Source: an uncultured Nitrososphaeraceae archaeon
GTDB taxonomy: Archaea > Thermoproteota > Nitrososphaeria > Nitrososphaerales > Nitrososphaeraceae
DNA length: 64,000 nucleotides
NCBI GenBank assembly: GCA_963837175.1
Contig: CAWIMJ010000021.1
Location: forward strand, 11,901-75,900
Reading direction: 5' to 3'
Position numbers and translations under genes: made by a program. The notes below the pieces were generated by a model. It made no database searches. It saw only the letters and a list, made by a program, of their open reading frames with translations, and was not told where the DNA came from. Positions 21,626 through 36,756 of the stretch are shown piece by piece (position 1 is the stretch's first letter; each line of letters begins with the position of its first letter).

Positions 21626-22141
21626 TCTAAAAGTGGAGAGTAAGAACAAATTTCTTTGCACCTACCATAAGGTCAAACAACTGACGGCGATTAATCAGTT
21701 ATATGCATTTTGCAAATTCGAGTCCATATATGGGATATAAGCAATTTATAATCATTCGAATGTAACTAAAAAGCGATTAACTCAATTTTATCTAGATCTT
21801 CTAATAAATACACCCATATCAATGATAAAACTTACGTACTATTTTCAAAACACGAGTTATCAATCATCTTCGCTATTAATGGTCTAAGAATAACATACCG
21901 CGTTTGCATATTTTGATGGATAATGGTTCAGGTGAAGTGAAGATAGATAGACACATTACTTGACCCAATATCAATAAGTATTCTATTGATAAGAATAATG
22001 TATATTCCGAAAATGATCTACTAGTTCTACTAATTATTGGAAAACATCTAATATATTATTTTTTTATATATATAACACCATATACCGTAATTTAATATGC
22101 TCCTAAATGGATAAATAAATAGAAGAATAGGAACATATGAC

Positions 22142-23171
22142 ATGACTGTAGAATCAAATACAAATACTGAAACCGCTATAATAGTTAATCCAAAATCTGC
22201 GAGTGGATTGACTGGTAAAAATTGGGACAGCCTCCATTTAATGATTAAAAGGCTTTTTGGTGATAATATTCAAGTTGCTTTTACTGAAAAATCTGGTGAT
22301 GGAACAAGCTTTACAACTAATTTTATCAAAAAAGGATTTAAAAAAATTGTTGCAATAGGGGGGGATGGAACTATAAATGAGGTCGCAAACGGCTTCTTTG
22401 AAGGAGATATCCGAATTCATGGCAATGAAAATAATAACAACGACAATGATTCATTTCTTAACCAAGCAGTACCTGAAGCCAATAAACTCTGATGTAGTCA
22501 TGGCTGTTTTTCCGTGTGGAACAAGAAATGTATTAGTTAAATCACTAGACTTGCCAGCAGAGTTTGGAGAATGTTGTCAAAATTTTGAAGCATGTAAATT
22601 GCAGAAGATCGATGTTGTTAGTGTAAGGGCAACAAATATGGAGGATCATTCAAAAACAGCAATCCGCATTTTTCTCAATGCAGCTGAGATTGGTATCGGT
22701 GCTGAGATTATTGATAAGGCAAAAAAGGTTCGAAATGTGGTTAATAGTCGTCTTATCTCTACAATGACTGGTTTATTTTCAACTGTGCCTGCCTATGAAA
22801 GTAGTCTCTGTGAAATTTCCATCGATGATGGGCATGAAAATATTCTTACAAAGATGACAATGGGTGTCATTGCCAACGGCAAATTTCTAGGGGGAGGATT
22901 TAAAGCAGCGCCAAAAGCGAATATTTCAGATGGATTGCTGGATATTGTCATTCTAAAGGAATCCAGTAATTTAGAGATGATAGAGAATTTTCTCAATATA
23001 AAAGATGGTAATTATACTAATGAGGGCGACGTATTCTATAGACAAGCTAAAAAGGTTGCAATAAAGTCAAAGGAGAATAGAGATATACCCATCACAATTG
23101 ATGGTGAACCAATAGGTATTCTTCCAGCAACCTTTGAAGTTCTTCAAAATGCTCTTACAATTAGAATGTAG
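22142..23171 (+). CDS. Diacylglycerol/lipid kinase family protein (YegS/DagK-like), one frameshift near 22475
   Basis: IIVNPKS, GGDGTINEVANG, PCGTRN, FLGGG, DGLLD, IDGE. Confidence 0.88.
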
Positions 23172-23654
23172 ATTCTCTATGCAAATCTATTCCTATAATC
23201 GGATTGAAAGAACTGCATTTCATTTTACAAGACCTTCGTGATAAGAATTCTATGATGATGATTTGATACAAGTGATAAGATGAGGAGACACAAACAGATA
23301 GTTACCACCGTGTTATTTTTGCACTTGTGATATCTTATATAAGTGAAGCGTAATCGATTGAATTCACATACTAATATATAGAGAAGTTTGCAACTATTTT
23401 TATATTCATTTTCTATGACTAACTTTAAGCAATATCAATTAGAAATTACTTTTATGTCTACAGATGAATCAAGTTCATTCATCTCTTCATCATCCTAGCC
23501 TTAAGGGCAAACTATTTCATACTGTTCCCTCTTAGCTATGGCTAGATATTTTATTCTCAGATGGTTTATCAAATATTATCTTATATTAGGATTGGATTTG
23601 CCATTCTACCATTACCTTTATACGAGATGAAAAAAGTGAATTAGTTATTCTTAT

Positions 23655-24248
23655 TCACTCAATCTCTACTGAATGAAGCATTTGTTGTATTGTCGGTAAG
23701 TTCTTTGAGAATTTTGGTGCTCCTGCTTCATAAGACAAAATGTACAGTTTATCACCTATTGTAGTCCAAACTTGCATTATATTGAAATTAAATGGCGCAG
23801 AAGGAGATATAGCTGAGAATATGATTTGGTGTGCCGGATTTTTTGCTAATATAAATGGATTTGATTGATTAACTATAAAATTTTGTGATTGATTTAATGC
23901 ACTAACGGTAAAATTAGTGTATTCATCTAAGGATATATTTTGTGAATATCTAATTACTGATAAGGCAACTCGTGCAGGTAATGTATCTGAAAGGTTCTGT
24001 AGTGGTGAGTAAAATGCGACAACATCATTATAGCTTTGAAGAGCGCTGACTGACATTGTCCAATTAGAGGGATACTGCATTTTTATACCTTGGGATGGAT
24101 TTTCATAAGTCAAAAAACCTGATATTGTTGTAGCGTTGGATATAGATGACTGCAATTCTTTTTGGCCCATTGCTTGATGGGCATTACAGAAGATAGTGGC
24201 AGTTAAGATCACTACTAAATAAACTACTATGTAGGATATGTTTATCAA
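23655..24248 (-). CDS. Secreted PsbP-like protein
   Basis: Signal peptide; FLTYENPSQGIKMQYPSNW, KLYILSY, IQQMLHSVEI. Confidence 0.85.
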   Translation of the reverse strand: MINISYIVVYLVVILTATIFCNAHQAMGQKELQSSISNATTISGFLTYENPSQGIKMQYPSNWTMSVSALQSYNDVVAFYSPLQNLSDTLPARVALSVIRYSQNISLDEYTNFTVSALNQSQNFIVNQSNPFILAKNPAHQIIFSAISPSAPFNFNIMQVWTTIGDKLYILSYEAGAPKFSKNLPTIQQMLHSVEIE

Positions 24249-25460
24249 TTGCTTTCAGACATTTAGCAACTAAGAGATGGATATAAATGGTTAGTAGGGT
24301 TAAAGACGACGATATAATAACAAATATCGAAAAGAGCAGAATAAGAAGTAACCAGCAATAACAATCATCGTTATTTTATCATCACCAGGATAATAAAATA
24401 AACGATATTATTTTTTGGCATCATATAAACACTCCAAATAGGTTTTAACACTTTAATCATCAATTAGAAATAGTATGTATATTAACAATAATAAGACTAG
24501 AATATAGGTTTGTAGATACTTTTATACCTTTCATCTATTAGAATTCAGCGATCTTCAATCACTAAATATGGATGCCTCGCCACTAACAAGTGCGAATTGC
24601 TGATCTAGTGATGTTAGTTGAATAACCCATCTGGCATATAGAATGCCAATATTCTAGATGGATGGGATCTTCATTCCTTAATCTGTTCGGAATTTAATGT
24701 TATAGATGAGAATATTTTGCCTTCAAGCTCCTCTAAAGGTAATTGATAGACTAGTATTGTCACTTTAAAATGAACCTGCAAATATATCAAGACCCAGCTG
24801 CCATTAATGCAAACATTGATAGAAGAATTATCATAATTAATTTGTAAATGTATGTTAAGATTAAATCGCATACACCATACAATTTAATAGAGAATATCGA
24901 TTAGCCAATCAAGGAATTAGGATATATTACATATGTATCACTGGTCTTCTACAATTGAAGATTATTATTCGAGATCACGTAACAAAAGGTCATACTTATA
25001 TTCAATTGTGTAACAAGAATAAGGATATACCAATATTTACCGGTAGCAGAAAAGGTTAGTGAGTCACTTGAAATAATTAGATAGAACGACCAAAGTCTGG
25101 AGATTAGATAGAAAATCATCCTCAGTGAAAAGTTTGAATCGGGTTGTTAATGAATTCAAACCATACGTCAGAGAGGATAAAATGAAATTTAATAATATTT
25201 AAATCCAAAATTGTAGTAAGTTTTTTGGGACCTGAATACTGTATTGAATATACAAACTTAATTTTTAGTGTAACAATTTTATAGTATTAATTAATCTATT
25301 TTACTACTTTAATATATCTTAACAATGAGGCGATGAAATCCATGTAGCAAGTATTTCTTTCCTTAATAATGACATTATAATTATTCTATATTTCTGAATC
25401 AAAATTTAACATTTAAATCAAGGATATTACTATATCTCATCATCACTAGGCTATTTTGTG

Positions 25461-25524
25461 TTTGACCGACTTATTGACTGATTTGACCGGATAAATGACC
25501 AACTTGACCGGTAACCTTTAAAAG
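25461..25524 (+). promoter_or_regulatory. Phased TGAC(C) direct-repeat array followed by a TATA-like box
   Basis: TGAC at 25463, 25475, 25484, 25496, 25505 (12/9/12/9 spacing); TTTAAAAG at 25517-25524 lies ~28 bp before TTG 25552. Confidence 0.6.
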
Positions 25525-25551
25525 CAATGAGTATTTAGGATAGCGGAAAAA

Positions 25552-26893
25552 TTGACTGTGAAAATATCTGAAAGTATAAGACAAACAGTAATACGCTTAT
25601 GGCTTGAGAACAACTCAAGAAAAGATATTGCTATTACTTGTGGAGTAAGTGAAGGTACAGTATCTAACATAGTATCTGATTGGAGACAGAAACTTGGTGA
25701 CGTAGATGTAGAGGCTCTAAGGGAATTAGGAAGTAACCTTAAGAGATGTAGAATAGATGCAGTTCGATGCGCTCAAGGATTTAGGATTTCTATGATTATG
25801 AGAAAAATGGGAATCAATGAAGAATATTTTGAATCATTTATTTCAAAAGCTTATGAACGTTGCCAGAAAGTTGAAGGTTTGACACCAGATAAGATGGGTT
25901 CATACTTGGAAGATTTACTTGAATTTTCTAAAGATGAAGATGATAAATAATAATAATGGTGATGGTAATACTATCAAACTATCAGAAATTCCACATTATA
26001 TTGAGCAGAAGAAAAATGAAAAGAGAATATTAAAACACGATATTGAAAATTTACATAAAGAAAAACAAGAAGCTCAGCAAGAAGCATCATATGCAAATGA
26101 GCTTTGTGATGCAGCTTTAGAGAATGAAAAGACAACCGTTGCTAAACTTAGAGAATATTCGAATTTAAAGGCAGGACTAGAAAAGCATGGACTATCAATA
26201 GAAGAGGATATTTCAAAATTTGTTCGAGTAGTTTATGGAATAAAGCAGTATGGATATGATGTTGATAAGGTATTATCAGATTATTCAGATCAAGAATTTA
26301 AGCAATTAAAACGTGACTTACTTATCAACCAGGTCAAGGAATTGGAAGATAAAAAAACAAGACTTTTGTCTGAATGTTCTTTCCTTGAATCAAAGGTAAA
26401 TCTGCATAGTCAACTACTTTATGTTTATAATGAACTTAAATCGATAGGAGTTGGGCTTAGAGAGTTAAAAATAATAACAAATACAATTAAGGAAATTGCA
26501 GCTGAAAATAATATCATTGACTATAGGTTGGCAATTGATAAATTCTTTGAATTTCTTGAGCAAAGATATGATATAAAACTAAGACAAAAGGTTCTGGATG
26601 AGCAGCAGCAGGAATTGCAGAAATATAATAATAATACTACTGCTAAACCTGATAATCCAAATCGAACATTTCCTCTTTCTCGTAATAACGAGTCTTCTAG
26701 TGTAGCACCAAAGCCGTCTGCATTAGTGAATAGACAAGGAGAACGACAACGAGAAATGCCATCATCGTCAATATCTTATACATATAGTAAGACTACCACT
26801 ATCCACTCCAAAACAACAGCAGAAGAAGAAGACGAGCAGATAAAACCTTATCAGGATGAATGGGATAGATCAGACGATGACCGTAATACATAA
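25552..26893 (+). CDS. HTH plus long coiled-coil protein (Nitrososphaera-expanded family), one frameshift near 25945
   Basis: N-terminal HTH RKDIAITCGVSEGTVSNIV; heptad-rich body; overlapping ORFs 25552..25950 and 25919..26893. Confidence 0.75.
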
Positions 26894-27508
26894 TTAAGCC
26901 GAAGAGAAAGAATGGTGTCCTCTTATATTCCTCTACTCTAAGCAATAATGCAATGATATATTTCAATAACAGCTAGCTCATTGACTCTGAATTTTTTCGT
27001 TACCTATCAACAGTGACAATCTGCAATTGATCCTGGTTTTGACAGATGGATAATGGATAAAAAATGAACGACGGCAGGTTGGGATCTGGTTCTATTTCTT
27101 GTTCTTATTTCAATCTTCGCCTATTTATTATACATCTTTTATTAAGAGTCTTATTTGAGGGCCAATAATAATAATTATATTAATGGCATCATGGAATGCA
27201 ACATTATATGCTGTCATATTTGTTTTCACTATTCCTTTCACATGCTGTAATAGTATAATATTCTCAGGCAGGCAGAGAGATAGACATATTTCATCTTATA
27301 AAATATAATTTTTATCGTGCTTGCCTCTGAGGAGAATTTATTTACATCATATACAGTCATGGGATAGCGTCACTTGGCTTAACCAATAAGAGGCTGGTCA
27401 TGAGGTGGCCTTGTCAAATCAAATGTTATATGCTGTATTGATACAGCTTACAGCTTCGCTGCATTCATTTTTCTAATATAGTTTGAAACTGAAAGTCTTA
27501 TTCATCGT

Positions 27509-28558
27509 CTAAAATAAGGCTGAATACACTTTTGGAAGCGAGATGTCATATCTATAGCTTATATTCATATGACCATCATTAAACTCTTCATAATAATGCT
27601 TGATATTCATCTTCCCAAGCTTAGAATGTAGTATCCTTGCACCCCACTGAAGGTTAAACTCATCTCTTGTTCCACAGTCGATGAATATTAATTTGAGCTT
27701 TTTTAGATTATTTCGGTATTTCTCAACCATCCTCACCGGATCCCAAGAAAGCCACCGATTCCAAACTTTTTCTAACATTTCTCCTGTCTCAATATCAAAA
27801 GGTAAATCCACACCCATATTTTCTGAATTAGAATTTGGCGAATAATGAGCTGCCATTGCAAATATATTCAATGGAGGACCATCGCTTTTTTGATGTCGAT
27901 TAGATTTCTTCCAGAATTTTTCAAGCCATTTTTTTGGATTATCACCTGTCGCTCTAAAAGCATCAAGAGCCTTTGGAAAATCTGGAAGATAGCAATATTC
28001 AAAAGCTGCATCTCCAGAATGATCCACTAATCCCTGAAACACTTCTGGATGGCGCATACCCAGCACAAGAGCACCATAACCTCCAGAAGATTTTCCCCAA
28101 ACTGCATGGGAGGAGGTATTATAGGTTTTATCGACAAATGGTACAATTTCATTTATAATATAATCTTCATATCTTCCTGTAGCTGACGAATTAATATACT
28201 GATTTCCTCCAAACCTGGTAAAACAATTGACTAAGACTAAGATCATTGGACCACATTTGCCTTCTGAGATCAATCTATTCATTTGAGCTTCGATGTTCTC
28301 ACCCAGAGGATCAGTATTTAATAATGTTTTTCCATTGCTGCCAAAGCCTGCCAATCCAAACACCGTGATATATCCTTTCGAATAAGACTCTGAATAGCCT
28401 GGAGGAAGATATATTATTACTTCTCTAAAATAAGGATCCTTTAAAGGATTGGATTTAAGAATGGTGCTTTCATGTGTATGAGTTACTACTTTTCCCTTGA
28501 GTCGTTTCAATTTCTCACACAATATCAAATTAATTGGATATATATTGATTGAAAGCAT
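27509..28558 (-). CDS. Putative esterase (enterochelin esterase-like alpha/beta hydrolase)
   Basis: IYLPPGY, GKSSGGYG nucleophile elbow, DCGTRDEF, YEEFNDGH; real start probably near 28500. Confidence 0.88.
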   Translation of the reverse strand: MLSINIYPINLILCEKLKRLKGKVVTHTHESTILKSNPLKDPYFREVIIYLPPGYSESYSKGYITVFGLAGFGSNGKTLLNTDPLGENIEAQMNRLISEGKCGPMILVLVNCFTRFGGNQYINSSATGRYEDYIINEIVPFVDKTYNTSSHAVWGKSSGGYGALVLGMRHPEVFQGLVDHSGDAAFEYCYLPDFPKALDAFRATGDNPKKWLEKFWKKSNRHQKSDGPPLNIFAMAAHYSPNSNSENMGVDLPFDIETGEMLEKVWNRWLSWDPVRMVEKYRNNLKKLKLIFIDCGTRDEFNLQWGARILHSKLGKMNIKHYYEEFNDGHMNISYRYDISLPKVYSALF

Positions 28559-29019
28559 TAGCGGGATAGCCTAATGTAAATTACGGGTAAAATCAAACAT
28601 TTCCTCTTTCAAATAGACAGCAGCAGCATGGCCATAATCCTTTTTATGCATATGCCGCCACCTTGGATGCACTGACAAAAAATACTGCCAAACATTCTTT
28701 ACAGTCATTTGTTGTTCTTCACACAATAATAACTAAAAACGCAATAACCAAAAAAGATATTTTACCTGCTAATGGGAAATAGATGATAAAATTAAAGAGC
28801 AAAAAGTAGTAGCAATATTTGACAACAACAGATAGTAGCAGTAAAAAGAAGCCGTAATCCTATATCCTTTAGTGAAGCTAATTAACAATATCCAAGTTAA
28901 GGCAGTAATAGATAAAGCTAGAATAGATAGACTTAGTCTAGGAGATTAAAATATATATATTGATATTGGAAATGCGAAAGAGATTAATTAGTTAACTTCA
29001 ATTTTATTGTAGACGGGAA

Positions 29020-29271
29020 ATGGTAGATGATAATAATAAAGGTGATTCTGATACAGAATTTGTTGTATTAAAAGTCTATAAATCAGCGATAGATAAATTC
29101 ATTAAAGATTTAAAAGAAACTAAAAGATTAAATCAAAATTACGCACCAAATTATGACCTGATATTAGTTCGTTTCAGGGATATGATAATTGATCTCGGTT
29201 CACATGAAAATCTTAAAAAGGCGATAATATCCACCGATAATACTTCTGTATTGGGAAGAGATGAGTTATAA
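29020..29271 (+). CDS. Hypothetical protein
   Basis: 83-aa ATG ORF. Confidence 0.45.
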   Translation: MVDDNNKGDSDTEFVVLKVYKSAIDKFIKDLKETKRLNQNYAPNYDLILVRFRDMIIDLGSHENLKKAIISTDNTSVLGRDEL

Positions 29272-29969
29272 GAGAACTTTTGAAGACATACTGTTTGGGA
29301 TCCGTTAAGAACGTATATGAGAATAGAAAAATGGCAAGAAATGGAAGATGAGATGTATGAAAGACAGAAGAGTTGCAAGATAGTGGCTCACCATAATATC
29401 CACAAAGCATTTTGAAACCATTTCATAAACATAATTATGGATGACCAACACCTAATGTGATTATGATAAAACCCAAATCTGAAGACTAAGAAGATAAGAT
29501 GATGATGGAGATATCTAAGACGGTATAGAATTAATAGCAAAGTTAACGAAACTCATCATCTTCAATTCTAAATGAAATGTACTCTTTATACTGCTGCCAC
29601 ATAGATAATGTGTTATACAACAAAAACATATTCTACTTTTGGTTACAATAAATAACGGGAGAATATTCAAAAGTATAATCCATATATTCCCTAATTTAGT
29701 TTGTCGTTATTTATTTCAATAAAAGATGATAATGAAACTTTTTACTCAATTTACCTCAATTTAACTAATGATCATATATTACTTCACAATGATGTATTGA
29801 CTGATCTATTGCGGATATGTAGGATATATGCAAACTTCCATTTTTCAGTCAATGATCCGCATCATGAGCTATATATTTTTATGATCTTTCTATAAGATCT
29901 TTGAGTATTTCGTCGGTATCAAATATATTATTGCAGATCTAATAAATAGAAGGAGATATATCCTTCAGC

Positions 29970-30503
29970 TTGCAGGATATCTACTTAATAGCAATATATA
30001 TTACAATTGTAGGACCTTCTCTACTGTTAGCTAGAGAAACAAAAACAAGACTTTCAAATCTGAAAAGTGGTTATAAAGCACTCATTTTTTTACCATTAAC
30101 CGTGAGCTTATTGATTAGTTATGTCTTTTTTGTAATGGATTTCTTATCTAAAATTCCAATATTAAATTGGTCTTGGCTTGGCTATAATATTGCCATTGGA
30201 CCGTTTGCTGATCAAGGGATATTTGGTATTTTACCATTTATACCGTTACTTATTTATATGCTAATCCATGTCAATTACTTTGAAGAATTTTATTTTAGGA
30301 AAAATGTAAAGCGGGTAGTCATCTGGGCACTATTGCATATTGTTATGGGCGTTGCTGTATATGTTGTCATTGTTTTGTTTCCTCTCGGTCTTTTTTATCG
30401 ATACATCTTTGACAAGTATAGCATAAATCATGCATATACTCTTCATTTTGTCACAAATCTACTTATTATTGGAATATCAGTTAGTTCATATTTTCTTTTA
30501 TAA
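29970..30503 (+). CDS. Membrane protein, CPBP/Abi intramembrane protease-like
   Basis: Several TMs; EEFYFR, WALLH and H-x3-N (HFVTN) motifs. Confidence 0.7.
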   Translation: MQDIYLIAIYITIVGPSLLLARETKTRLSNLKSGYKALIFLPLTVSLLISYVFFVMDFLSKIPILNWSWLGYNIAIGPFADQGIFGILPFIPLLIYMLIHVNYFEEFYFRKNVKRVVIWALLHIVMGVAVYVVIVLFPLGLFYRYIFDKYSINHAYTLHFVTNLLIIGISVSSYFLL

Positions 30504-30828
30504 GACGTATGCTGATAATTTATTACAAAAGAACAGATTACCTGAAGGTTACTATTCGATACAACAGGGCAACAAATCCTTATTTTGTCAAAATTTAATA
30601 CAATATTACCATAAAGAAAAAATGGGTAACAATATGTGATCCTGTTGCATTATCTACTATTTGATTTGATTTCTTAGATATCTAACGCCTTCAAAAGGTC
30701 CCATTGCATCTATAATAATAATAGTACGTTGGCCTTGGTATCTTCACCTCATAGAGACTCTTTTTAGCCATATCATATATTCTTAATTGCTGTACTTGCA
30801 TTATGCGAATATGATTGACATCAGTATG

Positions 30829-31026
30829 CTATATTCGTTTTACTTGGATAAGTTTTGAGCGATGCCAAGGTTTAGTTCTAACTTTTTGATTACACTCTGG
30901 ACATCTCAGAATTTGTTTAGAAAGTTTCAGTCCGCACATAGCACAGTAATTAAAAAAGTTGTAATCAACTCTGCTTCGAATTGGTTTTAATAATTTCGAG
31001 GCGTAATAGTCGGTATGCTCTGGCAT
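30829..31026 (-). CDS. Small zinc-ribbon protein
   Basis: MPEHTD...YCAMCG...RCPECNQKVRTKP; ATG 31026 just downstream of the cdc48 stop. Confidence 0.75.
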   Translation of the reverse strand: MPEHTDYYASKLLKPIRSRVDYNFFNYCAMCGLKLSKQILRCPECNQKVRTKPWHRSKLIQVKRI

Positions 31027-31042
31027 ATTTAATTCCCTGTTG

Positions 31043-33280
<2,238 letters not shown>

Positions 33281-33316
33281 TTAATCTCCCTTACTTAAAA
33301 AAAGTATTGTGGAATG

Positions 33317-33847
33317 TTACTCCACTTTTACTTCTCTACCTTTTAGTTTTGGAGCCTCTTTTAGTTTGAACTTTAACTCCAATATACCATTTGAGTAGGT
33401 TGCCTTTGCAGAAGCATCATCTAACTGAACATTCACAGGTATGTCCGTATGATATTTCTTCTCTGCTTGCTCGGCATGTATAGATACAAATTCATCTGCT
33501 ACATTGACCTTAATGTTTTGCTTTGTTACACCTGGCATCTCAGCTGTAATAGTCAATGTATTTTCCTTTTCATTGATAGCTGTATCTACCATCGGTTCTC
33601 TTATACCAGTCTGCTCTATTAATCCACGAACAGATGGCCGAACATTTCCAAATTCTCTTACCTTTGGTTTGCCATCATGACCTACTGTTATCTGATATCC
33701 GTAGTAATAAGGAAAACTGGCCATAGTAGATGGCTCCATTTCTCGTACCGTTCGGAATATCCTGTTCAACATATCTTCTGCTTCCTTAAATTCCGAGTCG
33801 ATATTTTCTAACATTCCTCTACTAAATTTCCATGGGTCTTTCCACAT
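33317..33847 (-). CDS. hsp20: Archaeal small heat shock protein Hsp20
   Basis: PYYYGYQITVGHDGKPKVREFGN, AEMPGV, ATYSNGILE. Confidence 0.95.
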   Translation of the reverse strand: MWKDPWKFSRGMLENIDSEFKEAEDMLNRIFRTVREMEPSTMASFPYYYGYQITVGHDGKPKVREFGNVRPSVRGLIEQTGIREPMVDTAINEKENTLTITAEMPGVTKQNIKVNVADEFVSIHAEQAEKKYHTDIPVNVQLDDASAKATYSNGILELKFKLKEAPKLKGREVKVE

Positions 33848-33869
33848 ATTTGATATTCACCTAACATTA

Positions 33870-33885
33870 TGTAATATATATTACA
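33870..33885. promoter_or_regulatory. Perfect 16-bp palindrome in the hsp20/regulator divergent promoter
   Basis: TGTAATATATATTACA. Confidence 0.5.
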
Positions 33886-33911
33886 ATATATATTTTTTTC
33901 GAATTAGCGTA

Positions 33912-34641
33912 ATGTTTATTACTAGACAATACATTTATAACAACATGTATAAAGTGACAGCATCAGTACCACAAGCTATAAGGGAAGTATTATCTTCTAA
34001 CAATCTCTATTTACAATCCCTTAAATCTGGAATTGCTAATTATACTGCTTTAGCACAAAGGATTAAATCTGATGTTGAAACAATTGTAGGCTCCCAAGTC
34101 AATGTAGGTACAATAGTAGTAGCAATCAAAAGATTAGCAGATATATTAGAAAAGGAAAAACTAGCGGAACAAAAGAAATTCATGCCTTCTCATCCTATGA
34201 ATGGGGCTAGAATGTCTCTTACAGGCGAGCATTATTGACATTGATTTTGATCGAGAGCTGAACGAACTTTCAAATATACTAGAAGAGGTATTTGAGAAGG
34301 AAACCGGTTACAATCTTTTTCAGACAAATAAACAACTTCGATTATTCGCAGAAGATATTGATGAAGTTAGAAATATTGTTTCTACTGCTTCAAAAAAATT
34401 CGATTGTAAAATGAAGGAAGGATTATCAAAGATTACGATTAACTTTCCTTCTTCTACTTCTTATGATAATGAACATACTCCATATAACAATCTGCTATCG
34501 TTCATATCAGAGGTTCTATATGATAACCAGATCCCACTTTATAATGCTTTTTTTGCACCCAATGAAACAGTGCTTATATTAAAAAATAAAGATGCTGCTA
34601 GAGCTTATGAATTGTTGAGAGCAAAGATCACAAAGCAGTAG
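33912..34641 (+). CDS. Putative regulator with N-terminal HTH-like region and ACT-like C-terminus (one frameshift near 34225)
   Basis: LQSLKSGIANYTALAQRI...TIVVAIKR; C-terminal NETVLILKNKDAARAYELL; real start may be 33945. Confidence 0.7.
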
Positions 34642-35010
34642 TTTTTTTCTTAGTATACAGATGTTGCAATAGATAGATTATAAGATATTTTTGTATTCTA
34701 GACGAAGTCGCAATAATATAATACTACTATTTGTCTAATCCTCATTAAGGGTTTTTACTGTTTCTTCTAATAGTGCTGCAATTTACTAAATATATTTGTG
34801 ACTATAACATTGACGAATTATAAATCTTTCAAATCATCACTTTAGAAACAGCTTGCAGTATAGTTGCCCTTTATGAATGTGAATTTTGTCTTAACCTTTA
34901 CGCCATCATCAATTTAGAAAATAGTGCAGAAGCAGAGAGAAACTCCAACTCTTATAGAGCAATGACTAGGTGAAGCTATTCTAAAGATTCGATCAGAAGT
35001 ATTTACTTTG

Positions 35011-35235
35011 TTATCTGTTTGAGTTTTCTGTTTGAGTTTTTTCCTCTTTTTCTTCCTTGAAGTAATGTCTCATAAGGAATCCGCTTATGGCTACAACTGC
35101 TGCAAGTATAGAAGTAATAATCATTTTGTCTTGGTCCATATTCAATAATGAACCAAGTATGAGTGGAATACCTGCAGATATTATAACTAGTGGTATCCAA
35201 GTAGTGACTAAATCCGTAATCCTCTTCAAGTCCAA
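35011..35235 (-). CDS. Small two-TM membrane protein
   Basis: Two hydrophobic helices and a charged tail; GAGGTG RBS upstream of TTG. Confidence 0.65.
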   Translation of the reverse strand: MDLKRITDLVTTWIPLVIISAGIPLILGSLLNMDQDKMIITSILAAVVAISGFLMRHYFKEEKEEKTQTENSNR

Positions 35236-35261
35236 TCACCTCTAAATTAAATTGTTGTTAT

Positions 35262-35483
35262 TCAAACTTTGGTATAATGTTTTCGCATATCATCGCCTAC
35301 CTTGTTGATTGAATATCTCAACTGTTCCTCAAACATCCTTTCCATTTCTCTTCTCATATCTTCAAACTCTCTAAATACGTCTCCACCACCATCATCTCTC
35401 CATTGTCCTGTTCTTTGACTGCCTCCTCTACTGCCAAAAAATCTCCTAAACCAATCATTTGGTTCAATACCCCAAAAGATCAT
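35262..35483 (-). pseudogene. Truncated Hsp20 paralog (N-terminal region only)
   Basis: IEPNDWFRRFFG...FREFEDMRREMERMFEEQ resembles archaeal Hsp20 N-termini; alpha-crystallin domain absent. Confidence 0.6.
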
Positions 35484-35648
35484 TTGTATAATCAGCTAAG
35501 TTGATCTATGGTTTGTAAATTACATAATAATTTGATACTAATTTACATTGGATTACTACATTATGTTATTAATTTGAATTGGTTACTTTTACATTTTGAG
35601 TTATCTTAATATCGCTAATTACCATAATTTAACTAGATAAAATAAAAC

Positions 35649-36018
35649 TTATTCGTTAATTCCAGCATCTCATTGTTCGGACTTACTGCCAGTTTCAGCT
35701 GCGCCAGCAGTACCTTTAGCCATTCCACTTCTTCTAGCTATTTCTTTTGCTTCTTGTGAATTTGTTGTTTTCTGACCAGGTTCGACAATCTTTTCTGTCA
35801 TTTCTCTTTTTACTGCTGTAGGTCTTTTATTTTTGCAGGCGTCATCGGTTCTTTCTCCCTGTATGATGTTAATGGGTCTTCTTTTCTTCCAATCTCTGTT
35901 TCAGCTCTTCCTTCTTCAAACTCTCTTTCGTGCTTGCCATATGAAGAAGAGGAGGAAGATACATTTCTTTGGCACTTGTTGCCTTATCTTTAGCTTTATC
36001 CTTAGTATCCATTACCAT
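35649..36018 (-). pseudogene. Hydrophilic (LEA/hydrophilin-like) hypothetical protein, frameshifted
   Basis: Fragments MVMDTKDKAKDK / REFEEGRAETEIGRKEDPLTSYREKEPMTPAKIK / PTAVKREMTEKIVEPGQ...ARRSGMAKGTAGAAETGSKSEQ* in different frames. Confidence 0.6.
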
Positions 36019-36756
36019 ATCTTTACTACTTTTTAATTTTTCTTTAACTTTTTTTATAATTCCACTAATTTTATCATATAATATTTACTAAACAACCTAT
36101 TAAATGGTATATCATATAAAATATGTAATACGATTTTAGAAATTTGTTTTAATTGAGAATAGTATAGATGCTTATCTATAATTGATGCTATTATTATTTA
36201 TATTAACTTGCACAAATTACTTTTCTCGTATCTTATAGTATTTTGATTTGATTTTGTATGCGAGGTATATATACATATACATATCTATATACATTCATAA
36301 GCAAAGTAATCCAACTATTTGCTATAGAGGAGAAAAAAAGATTGGACAAAGTTCTAAAGACAGTTCTCAAACGACAAATTCCATTCCTTCCTTATTTGTG
36401 GTACTATAACCGGTTTAATTATGACATATTACTATGGCTTTTTATTCAGTATTATCATAAACAGTGCTATTTGGATGTTTATCTCTTTTATTGTCAATAA
36501 GTATTATTGGAAGTCAACAGGATTTAAAGATGAGAAGTATCTTATGCACTATGCAGTATCAAAGCTTAATTCTAGGTCAAGAGGAGCATAGCATAATCTA
36601 AGCAGACTCATTACTTGTGATTAGAATGTTCATTATAGAGCATCTTTCGCAAAGGCTTAGTGAATGTAGAAACATATGCGATGCTTATTTCTGTGTCTTC
36701 TGGCATTTTTACTATATATCTTAACTGCAAAATGGAGCGGTATATGTGTAACTGCA

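Noticed and set aside
21531-21740. 69-aa ORF in the track
   Set aside because: The overlapping frame from 21506 encodes a canonical C2H2 finger and is more credible
24539-24871. Coding-like fragments upstream of the PsbP-like gene
   Set aside because: Too degraded to assign a family
27360-27420. GC-richer patch with a small hairpin
   Set aside because: Short, weak pairing with several G-U pairs, and no recognisable RNA motif
28569-28720. Possible further C2H2 remnant (CKEC...F / HKKDYGH)
   Set aside because: Needs a frameshift, spacing is off, and there is no clear start
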